Source: a virus. Taken from it: a DNA stretch of 64,000 bases. The position numbers and the translations under genes were made by a program. Of this stretch, positions 55,651 through 64,000 are shown piece after piece. The notes under the pieces are model-generated. The model saw only the letters and a list, made by a program, of their open reading frames with translations. It had not been told where the DNA came from and made no database searches. The DNA is taken from positions 1 to 64,000 of the IMG/VR virus record IMGVR_UViG_3300044653_000068; one strand, given 5' to 3'. Numbering within the stretch: the stretch's first letter is position 1; each line of letters starts with the position of its first letter.

Positions 55651-57948
55651 CTACAGAAGTGGGGAGCGGACGGTCTCCAGATCACGGCGGCGCTGCGGGA
55701 AGTGAGGCGGGCAGTAGTCGCGCTGGTGCGCCCAGGGACGGCGCAAATCGGCCCAGTCGCAGTCGCAGGGGACGACGTGCCAGCCGGCGGCGCGGGCGTC
55801 CTCCTGGGCGAGGTGGAACGACCAGTGCTCCAGTGTCGTCCGGCAGAACGGCTTATCGCAGCGCAGCGCCCCGTTCCGGTAAGTCACCCGGCGTACCTCG
55901 TGTGGATAGTCCACTCCCCCACGGCCGGACTGTAGATCACGCTGAGCCGCCCGCCGCTGATCATGTCGGCGGTCACCGGAACCTGCTGTCCGCGCTCGGC
56001 TATGTACCTGGCGAGCGACAGGATCGGCCCGGCCGCATCCGCGTCCTTCAGGTACCCGCGCAGGAACTCAATCTCCTCAGTCATTGACATCGAAATTCGG
56101 GTCGCCCGAGCGCATCTGCGAGTTCTTGCACGTCCCCCTGTGCGCAGTGCCCGGCAGCGTCGAGCAGCAGGTGCGCTGTGAAGTGATGTCACGCCCCGCC
56201 TGGATGTTCGCCGGCCCGTCACCGCCCTCCTGGATCTGATGCCGCCGGACCTCCGCGCGACTGCGCACCAGGACGAGGACGAGCATGAAAACCGCCAGCA
56301 CCGCGATCACGACGCAGGCACCCGCGAGTATTTCGTTCATTATCTTCTCCTATTCCGCCGTGCAGAGCAGGGTTACCCAGCCGCGCCCATCACGGCCGGT
56401 CTCCCGGGCGCGAGCGTAGCCGTTCCACTTGAGCCAGATGTCCAGCAGGCCGGGCTCGTCCACCAGCAGGTCGGCCAGGGTCGCCCGGTACCGGCCCGGG
56501 GGCCTCACCGCAGGCCGCTGCGCGGCAGGTCCCGTGCTGCCTCCGCTGACCCGGAAGCGAGCCTGGGTGGCCGCGTACTTCGAGCGGCCCGGCAGCAGCG
56601 CCGCCAAATCGGCGGGCGGCAGGCCCGGGTTACCCCGGACGATCTCCAGCTCCGCCTCAGTCCAGGCGGGGGCGCGAACCATGCGGGCACCTCCCCGGAT
56701 GGCAGTTGATGAGGTGGAACGGGTCGCGCGACGGCGGGATCAGCCCGAACAGGTGCGCGGTCAGCGTAGCCCAGACGGACACCACGACCGGGCCCATCAC
56801 CCGGTGGCGGCTCGCGCTCTTGAACGCGTCGCTCATCGTCTCATTGCCCGTGGCGTCAGCCGCCAGCACCAGAACCGCGAGGGCGATCCAGCCCCAGCCG
56901 GGATGGTCATGCTTGGGAACGTTCACCTCCCGCCTCCTGCCCCGCCTTGAATCCCCGAGTGAAGAGAACATCGCCTATGCGCATGTCCACTTCCCGCTGG
57001 CCGTCATCAAGCTCCTCCCACGGCAGAAGCCACGAGGGCCTGGCATCCGGTTGCTCCCGCGCCCACTCAACCCAGATCTGCCGCACCAGGCGGCCGACCA
57101 GTTCACGGGGCTCCGCCACGATCCTGTCGCTCACTTCCCGCGCCGCCATCTCTTCGGGGGGTTGACTCCCTTGAGAGCGTAGCGCTCGATCCAGGCGCGA
57201 TCCCGCTTCTCGGCCCACATCGCAATTCGCTCCAGGGGCCTCCGCCAGCCCGTCGCGTTGTCGGGGATCTCCCAGCGCAGGGAGCAGTCCTTCCGGACGC
57301 CCATGCAGAAGCTGCCCAGCCGCGACCAGGGGCTCTCGTAGAAGACGGTGATCAGGAGCCGCCTGTCGCGCGGGGACCTACGCGCCGGGGTTGTCGTCAT
57401 CGCCGGCCTCCAGCGGGCAGAACGGGCAGGGAACGCAGTCGCACGACACGTCATGCCGGAGGCTGGGGTCACTGGGATCGCCCGCGCCGCACGTGCACAA
57501 CGGCTCGCGCTTCTCCAGCCACTCGCGGCCGAGCCAGCCAACGCCGGCGCAGGGGCACTCCAGCTCGGGCTGCTCCACCTTGAACTGGCCGTGGCCGTCG
57601 AAGTCGTAGAGCGGGGCGGTGGGGTCATTCATGCGAGGTCTCCTGTAGGTGGGTGATGATCAGCGCATACCCGTCATACCCGCCGGGGCGGCCGCCTTTG
57701 CCCACCGTAACCTCAACCGTGTCGTCCAGCTCGTCCGCATTCCAAGAGCTGACCCGCGTGTCCCCGGGCTGGCCGTTGGGGCACCGGATGCCGTTCATAT
57801 TGACCCGGCGTCCGAGCGACGCGTAGGTGAACACCGCCCCGGCTGACTGCCCTCCCTGACCCCCCTGGAGCACGATGTCAACGCGAGTCGCCCCGGCGGG
57901 CTTAACCCACGTGCCATCCTCGGCGAAGTACTGGATGTCTGGCTTCAT
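55651..57948 (-). other. Cluster of ~8 small hypothetical genes, several Cys-rich
   Basis: Closely coupled short minus-strand ORFs (55651-55914, 56077-56340, 56350-56682, 57378-57632, 57625-57948 and others). Confidence 0.5.
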
Positions 57949-57975
57949 GTCCGGTTAAACGCTCGTTCCGGCGGG

Positions 57976-58407
57976 CTATATTCCGCCCTGCTCACGGCGT
58001 CGGCGCTCCTGCATCCGGGCGCGCTTGTCCTCGGTGTCGTCGGGCTCGCCCTCAGGCGGGTACAGCTCGATGAGCTGGAGGAAGTTCAGCCGGATCTCCT
58101 TGGTGTACTGGGTGATCTCGCGGGGCGAGACCTCGCCGCAGTCGAGCTGCCGGGCCATCATGCACGACTGCCTCGCCAGCGCGGTGTCGGCGGCCTCGTC
58201 CGGGAACTTCCCGAGATCCTTGATGAAGCTCTCCTCGATGCCGCCGTCCTTGACATCGCCCATCGTGGCCTCGGCCACCGGGCCGCAGACGGCGCAGTAG
58301 TACACGCCCTTGGACTTGATGAACACGTCGTCGCCCGGCGCGATGGGGATCTTGCAGCCGCAGCAGCGAACGGGGCCGGAAGCCGTGGCCCAGACCGGGT
58401 AGCTCAT
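57976..58407 (-). CDS. Probable terminase small subunit with N-terminal zinc finger
   Basis: CCGC...CAVC, then MARQLD...EIRL..L...DD....RAR..ERR, as in actinophage TerS. Confidence 0.55.
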   Translation of the reverse strand: MSYPVWATASGPVRCCGCKIPIAPGDDVFIKSKGVYYCAVCGPVAEATMGDVKDGGIEESFIKDLGKFPDEAADTALARQSCMMARQLDCGEVSPREITQYTKEIRLNFLQLIELYPPEGEPDDTEDKRARMQERRRREQGGI

Positions 58408-58410
58408 GAC

Positions 58411-58824
58411 CTAACGGTACTCGGGGTACTCCCAGGGACGCCAGGGAGAAGGGGGCCGTTGGCGAGGAGGGGCCTCCGTGCCCGCGATCAGGTCTCCGGC
58501 TTCGGTGTACTGCCCCGTGTTCGGGCATCCGCCGCCGTGACCGCCACCTCGGATCGCACCGCAGCAAGGGCAGCCCTGCCCGTCAGTCGCGGGCCAGGTG
58601 CCGTCGCCGTTCCGGCCGTTACCGCCGCGCTGAACAGGCTTGTACCCAAACCGCCTGAACGCCTCGTCCTCCAGGTAACTTGCCTGCATCCGCAGCACCG
58701 GGTCCGCAGATCGCGAGACGCGCTGCACGTGCTCCCAAGCCGCCTTGAACTGCTCCGAATCCGGTCTGAGTCTCAGCCACTCGCCGACCTGCCGGAGCTT
58801 CTCCTGCTCGTCATTGAATCCCAT
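58411..58824 (-). CDS. Hypothetical protein with CPCC...H...C motif
   Basis: ORF directly after tRNA-Ala. Confidence 0.55.
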   Translation of the reverse strand: MGFNDEQEKLRQVGEWLRLRPDSEQFKAAWEHVQRVSRSADPVLRMQASYLEDEAFRRFGYKPVQRGGNGRNGDGTWPATDGQGCPCCGAIRGGGHGGGCPNTGQYTEAGDLIAGTEAPPRQRPPSPWRPWEYPEYR

Positions 58825-58839
58825 GCGCGCACCCTACGG

Positions 58840-58910
58840 TGGAGCTGGAGGGAATCGAACCCTCTGCAGCCTGCCTGCCAGGCGGGCCCGCTACCTCAGC
58901 GATCAGCCCC
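58840..58910 (-). tRNA. tRNA-Ala(GGC), short D-loop
   Basis: Acceptor GGGGCUG/CAGCUCC with G3:U70; loop CUGGCAG; T-arm GAGGG-UUCGAUU-CCCUC. Confidence 0.8.
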
Positions 58911-59104
58911 GTGCCAGGTTTCCCGGTGCACTCACCGTGGCAAGCGGATCATAGGGCGTTCCGGGGAGGGATTAAGGGGACTCCCGCACCGGCCTGCCGT
59001 CGCCGGCCTGGTATCCCCTACCTGAACCTCGGCGCCCACTCTACCGCGCCCGGAGGTTTACCTTCCTGTGACAAACGATCCGGTCATAGCGTAGATTGCC
59101 CCCC

Positions 59105-59956
59105 ATGACACGATTCCGAATGACCATCGCCGTTGTCATCGCCCTCGCGTTCGCGCTCCTCGGCCTCGTGCCGGGTGCAGCCTCGGCCTCTCCCGCCGCC
59201 CCGCACGCGCCCGCCGGATGGGGCGTGGTGTACGCGCACGACTTCGCGACTCAGGGCGCCGGGAACTGGAAGGCGGACCCCTGGTACTCGTCTGCGCCCG
59301 TACTCGAAAGCAGCCAGAACGGCCTGGGCGTGGACATCACGGCGCCCGGCCAGAAGACCTGGGTGGTCTACTCCCCGGCGAACCCGTACTTCATCGGCCC
59401 CGACGCGTTCGTCCAGGGGCTCGTGTACATCCCGGAGGCCGCGAACGGCCAGGTGGCGAACTGGCCCGCCTTCTGGACTTCCGGCGATCCCTGGCCGGAG
59501 AACGGCGAGATCGACATGCTGGAGGGCCTCGGCGGAAGCGCGTGCGTGCACACCCACTACGAGACCGCGCAGGGCGAGGCCGGCCCGTCCGGCGGCTGCG
59601 CCAGCCCCCCGCTCGGCACCGGCTGGGTGACCGTCTCCATGCTCCGCGAGAACGGCGAGGTCAAGGTCTGGTACGACAGCGCTTACATCGGCGAGGCGCC
59701 GCTGCCCACCTCCGCGCTGGAGGAGCTGATCTTCTCGGACGAGTCAGACGGGGGCGGCCCGTACGCGGCGGGAACGGCGTGGCTGCGCGATGTCACGGTC
59801 TCGGCGCCCGGCGGCACGCCAGTCGTAACGGCGGCGAAGACCCAGGTGAAAGCCGCCGTCTCGGCTCATGAGCTTCATCTCGCGCACCTCGCGCACTTGG
59901 CCCACCTGGAACATCTCGCCCACCTGCGGTACCTGGCAGAGCACGCGGCCGGGTAA
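59105..59956 (+). CDS. Secreted GH16-like glycoside hydrolase with C-terminal (HLA)n His repeat
   Basis: Signal peptide; NWPAFW...WPENGEIDMLE (ExDxxE); HELHLAHLAHLAHLEHLAHL. Confidence 0.82.
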   Translation: MTRFRMTIAVVIALAFALLGLVPGAASASPAAPHAPAGWGVVYAHDFATQGAGNWKADPWYSSAPVLESSQNGLGVDITAPGQKTWVVYSPANPYFIGPDAFVQGLVYIPEAANGQVANWPAFWTSGDPWPENGEIDMLEGLGGSACVHTHYETAQGEAGPSGGCASPPLGTGWVTVSMLRENGEVKVWYDSAYIGEAPLPTSALEELIFSDESDGGGPYAAGTAWLRDVTVSAPGGTPVVTAAKTQVKAAVSAHELHLAHLAHLAHLEHLAHLRYLAEHAAG

Positions 59957-59978
59957 CTGGAACGCTGCCGGGGCCCGG

Positions 59979-60052
59979 TGGCGGGAGCCGGATTTGAACC
60001 GGCGACCTGAGCGTTATGAGCGCCCCGCGCTGCCGAACTGCGCCATCCCGCT
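59979..60052 (-). tRNA. tRNA with CAT anticodon (Met/fMet/Ile2 unresolved)
   Basis: D-arm GCGCAGUUCGGCAGCGC; loop CUCAUAA; T-arm GCCGG-UUCAAAU-CCGGC; A1:C72 mismatch. Confidence 0.88.
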
Positions 60053-60092
60053 ATGTCCCTCAACCGTGCGGATTTCGCCGAGGGTGACCCCA

Positions 60093-60518
60093 CTATAACC
60101 CCCGCGCCAGGCGCTCGCGAGCGGCTTCGCGCGCTTCCTCGGCCGCCTCGGTGCGCCGGACCGCCTCCTCCACGTCGATCGGGCCAGCCGTGGTGTGAAT
60201 CCGGAGCCACTGGCGGTGGTCGAGCGTGCGGAGCGCCTGCGGCGCAGGACGCCCGTGCTCCTTGTGGTAGTCCGCCAGCGCTGACTGGAACAGATCCCAC
60301 TCGCGGTACATCCCGGGGGACAGCGCCGTCTTCGCTTTCCGCTTCTCTATCACCGCCCTCCGCTCCTCGGCCTGCTGCGCCTTGCGCGCCCGCCAGCTCG
60401 CGCCGGAGTGGTGGAGAGGGCAGTAAGGCTCGTCGTCGATCAGCCCCCAGCCCTCGCGCAGCGCGGCGTCAGAGTCGAAGCGGAACTCCAGGCAGCCGGG
60501 GTCAGCGCACTGGGGCAT
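60093..60518 (-). CDS. Hypothetical protein with N-terminal zinc-binding motif
   Basis: CADPGC...GW....YCPLH; ends TTA TAG. Confidence 0.6.
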   Translation of the reverse strand: MPQCADPGCLEFRFDSDAALREGWGLIDDEPYCPLHHSGASWRARKAQQAEERRAVIEKRKAKTALSPGMYREWDLFQSALADYHKEHGRPAPQALRTLDHRQWLRIHTTAGPIDVEEAVRRTEAAEEAREAARERLARGL

Positions 60519-61001
60519 AACTCGTACCGCCCCTCGCGTATGTCCTGCCGAGCCCGGTTACGCTCGCGACGCCGATAGTCCCGCTTGATCTCGCCGACCA
60601 CGCCGGGGCGCATCAGGTAGCAGTACCAGCGCCGGGCGAAGAACGCATCCTGCTCAGCACCGCTCAGCTTCAGCCGCCGCTTGCCCGTGCTCACTTCATC
60701 ACCGGGGTGCCCTCGGGCGGCGCGTCCCAGCTCTCCCACACCACAAGCCGGTCCTCGTGCACGAACGACGGCGTGACGACAGGCGCTTCCTGCCCGGAAA
60801 GGCGCATGATGGCGTTCTCGGCCGCGCTGAGCGCCACCGCGTCGCCATCGGCCAGGGCGCGCTTGAACGCGGCCTTGGCCTCGTCCAGATCCGTCATCTC
60901 CGCCTCGCTCACAATCTGATCCTAGCAACTGCCCGAAACCGGCCCGAAGCCCGGCTAAGTCCCGAAAATCGCGGAAAAACCGCGCGAAAGCGCCTGAAAC
61001 T

Positions 61002-61814
61002 TCACGAATGCGCTGCGTGCTCTGTGACACCTGAAGCGGCCCACCAGGGCTCCGGCGGCGTCAACCCGCGCCTCGTGTAATAGTGCTGCTGCATCCGATG
61101 TCGGTTCGCGTGGGTCGCGCAGTCAGAGCAGAACTTAGCTCCACCGTGCGTCAGCACCGCATCACAACCTTCACAAGCGCAGATTTTGACCGGCCGGGGC
61201 GGTTTCGGGGCCTTCACCGGCCGCTTTTTACTCGGAAGCACCGAAATCTGCTCCGGCGCGAGCAAAAGCTCCGGATGCGCGTTCATGAACGCGATTTCCT
61301 CCGAAGTCATGCGATTTCCGCGCTGAACGTTGCAAATCTGATGCGCGGCGCGCTTGTTGGCCGAAACGTCGATTCCGCCGAGACTGAGCGGGATAATGTG
61401 ATCCACATTCGGCGCCAGCTCGTTGGTTTTGGGCGCTTCGGGGTCGATCGGCATGCCGGCGGCCTTGCACCACGAGCCGAGCTGGCACATTCCGCCCGCA
61501 CGCTCGTAAATCTCCCTGTCAGGCACACCGTCCCAGGTCTTGATCTTGTTCAGCTTCCGAGCCCGCGAACTGGCCTTCCTCGCCGCAGCCTTGTCATACG
61601 CAGGCAGTGAATCCAGGTAGCACTGCTTCGAGCAGAACTTTGGCTCGCGCCCACTATGCCGGTCCCCCCCGTCAAACTGCTTCCCGCACTGAAGGCAGAG
61701 ATACTGGCGAAGATGACGACGACAGCGCCCGCACGTCGGACTTTCTCTGCTCCCCCCTTTAGGATTCCAGTTTGCGGGTTTTCCGCAGATAGAACAGGGT
61801 CTGTATCTCGGCAT
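61002..61814 (-). CDS. HNH endonuclease with multiple zinc fingers
   Basis: IYERAGGMCQL...NVDHIIPLSLGG...N...AHQICN..RG. Confidence 0.88.
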   Translation of the reverse strand: MPRYRPCSICGKPANWNPKGGSRESPTCGRCRRHLRQYLCLQCGKQFDGGDRHSGREPKFCSKQCYLDSLPAYDKAAARKASSRARKLNKIKTWDGVPDREIYERAGGMCQLGSWCKAAGMPIDPEAPKTNELAPNVDHIIPLSLGGIDVSANKRAAHQICNVQRGNRMTSEEIAFMNAHPELLLAPEQISVLPSKKRPVKAPKPPRPVKICACEGCDAVLTHGGAKFCSDCATHANRHRMQQHYYTRRGLTPPEPWWAASGVTEHAAHS

Positions 61815-62103
61815 GCGCGCAGCCTACCTGCTTCTCTCCCGCCTAACAACTGGAGAAACCTCCTCCGCTACCGCAAAGTTCAGTAACCGAACTTAATTTT
61901 GTATTTTGCCTGGTCAGCAGCGTGGACTCACTTCGCGAAATCGAAAAAACAGGCGAGTGACCGGCTTAGGTCGCGGGGTTTTTCGAGCTGGTTGGGGATT
62001 TCGGTCAGCAGATCGTCCCCGGTCAAATTTCGCTAAAAAACTCATTCGAATTATAGGCGCATATAATTTTTCGAATTCTTTAATGGTAGCTGACACTGGG
62101 GGT

Positions 62104-62192
62104 AATGATTATGCTAAGTGCAATGATTGCAATGAGTATAATGATTGCAATGGTGGATGGGTGCAATGCGTATAATGATTGCAATCATTGCA
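62104..62192. repeat. AATGATTGCAAT repeats including palindrome AATGATTGCAATCATT
   Basis: Copies at ~62122, 62140 and 62174. Confidence 0.8.
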
Positions 62193-62233
62193 CTAGACAC
62201 ACTCATACAACTAGTTGTGTGCAGCCAGCGCAC

Positions 62234-62345
62234 ACTGACATGTGTCAGTGACAGTGGTCAGTGACACGTGTCAGTGACAGTGGTCAGTGAATACAGATTC
62301 AATGACTCGCGTCAGTGACAGTGGTCAGTGACACTCGTCAGTGTG
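62234..62345. repeat. GTCAGTGACAGTGGTCAGTGA direct repeats
   Basis: Three 21-bp copies at ~62244, 62270 and 62311 plus partial copies. Confidence 0.85.
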
Positions 62346-64000
62346 GCAGTAGTCAGGCAGTAGCACACAGTTAGTTGCACGTGCACACAGCTGGTAATAC
62401 CACACTGCATTGGTAGGTTGCCTGATTACACCGTTGCACTGCTGGTCACAGCAACGCTTCGAATTAGCTTTGTAGCAACGGCAGAATACGATTGGTCTAG
62501 CAAGCACGCTAACGAATTAGGCCTCTGACCAGCACGAACACCGAAACGGACATTTGGGCGAAAATCCCCGCCAGGATTCCCGCGATAGACAACCGCTTGG
62601 AAGGCCTTGCACCCGTCAGATTGGCTGTTTGACGCCTTAGACGCGTTTCCGCTGGTCAGACACCGAATTCGCTGGTCGAAATGAACCGTTTAATTCCGCT
62701 TTGTCACCGAATGCCCGAATCTCCGAGCCGGCGCTATATGACTAGTCATGCTGTGACCGGTCACATAGCCGTTCTGCGACCCGAATAGCCGCTAGCTGAC
62801 AAACGTGTCCTGGCAGGCCGGTAAAGCCTGCCTAGCGGGCTGTGAAGTGGCTTCACGCGGCATTCCGAGTCTTGCCTCTCACGCGCGTACGCGTACGCGT
62901 ACGCGCATCGCGCGCCGCGCCCGGCCGGACTGTGAAGTCAGTAAACGGACATTCGGTGCACCAATAGGACAAACTACCCCAGTTTCATGAAATTTTATCA
63001 TGACATTTCACGATATGTCCCGTTTTGTCCTCTCGAATAAGATTCGCACATGCCCGGAATGCCCGAAATGCCCGAATCCGGAAAATGCCTGTGACCTGCA
63101 CCGTTACCTAGCCGTTATTCTAATTAAGCCTCTGACCTTGAGTCTGACAGGATGCACCTAGTTGTTCGTCCGCCCGGTCCCCCGGGAAGCTTCCGGGGAT
63201 ATCACAGCCCGCTTAGGCGGGTGGGGGCATGCGGTCCGCGCTTTGGCGGATGAACGGGCAACCGACAACCTAGCTCGCGATAGATGCGGTCGGCTGAACG
63301 GGTTTGCGCCTAGGCGCAATGCTTCCCCTAGTAGGCCGGCGCGTGAGCGGCAATAACCCCTAGGGACGCCCTTAGGGCACTACCGCGCGAGATAACTACA
63401 TGCACACGCACACGGGAAACGATGGCCGTATGGCCAAAGAGTCGCGCGTGAGTCACCGATACCGGATTGGCCTGCCTAGGTTGGCTGCAAGTCTCGTCAC
63501 GGTTCAAATCGGCTTTGTGCGCAGTGCCTTTACCAAGGTGCAAACTCTGTGTTCTGAAGATGGTTTTTCAGATCACGGGAACGTGAGTCAATTGGTATCG
63601 GCCGACCAAACCAGTGATCACGGTTGCTGACACGGTGCGCATGGCACGCGTTAGGGATACGGCTTTAGCCAAAGGTTCCCAGTATGAGGTTTCGTGCATG
63701 GGGTTCCTGTCAGCCATCGATGGAAACATGGCAGGGGTACGCGGTTACCGACATCCGCCTATGGCTTATCTGAGCTGGATTCACGCCACGGTCACGGGAC
63801 ACGATGCGCATTGATGCGCGGGAAACGTCCTAGCGACAGTCAGCTTTGCAACTGACATGGTGCAGAAATTCCGGGATAGCTAGCAATCGATCGGCCGCCC
63901 AATAAGCGGTCAAGCTTTACCTGTTTTACCGCTAGGAAACCCGAACCCGGAGAAATCACTAGCTAATAGCACTCCGGCAACGACCTAGCGCGTTTAACCT

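Noticed and set aside
58840-58910. tmRNA (ends resemble the tmRNA tRNA-like domain)
   Set aside because: Only 71 nt with an Ala anticodon arm; no room for a tag ORF or pseudoknots.
62234-62345. Mini CRISPR array
   Set aside because: Spacers are only 5-20 nt and partly repeat-derived.

Overview
High-GC actinobacterial tailed-phage (siphovirus-like) genome segment, almost all transcribed on the minus strand. From right to left it has a ~2 kb low-GC non-coding repeat region and an HNH endonuclease. Next come tRNA-CAT, tRNA-Ala(GGC), probable small and large terminase, a Thg1-like enzyme, HK97-type portal, prohead protease and major capsid. These are followed by a long accessory block (papain-like proteins, VIT1, three glycosyltransferases, DegT aminotransferase, GNAT, methyltransferases, K+ channel). 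Then come neck and tail genes, a tape measure protein with an SLT domain, and large Gly-rich tail proteins. The left end holds the two most unusual elements. One is a radical SAM/Twitch enzyme fused to a ~330-aa tail with 42 Cys-x-Pro motifs in clusters, a candidate self-modifying multi-core RiPP. The other is an array of at least 5 complete and 2 partial Y RNA (YrlA/B-like) genes, three with a circularly permuted tRNA-like domain. By manual scan, in-frame TTA codons occur only at gene ends or frame junctions. All family assignments are from motif recognition by eye; no searches were run.
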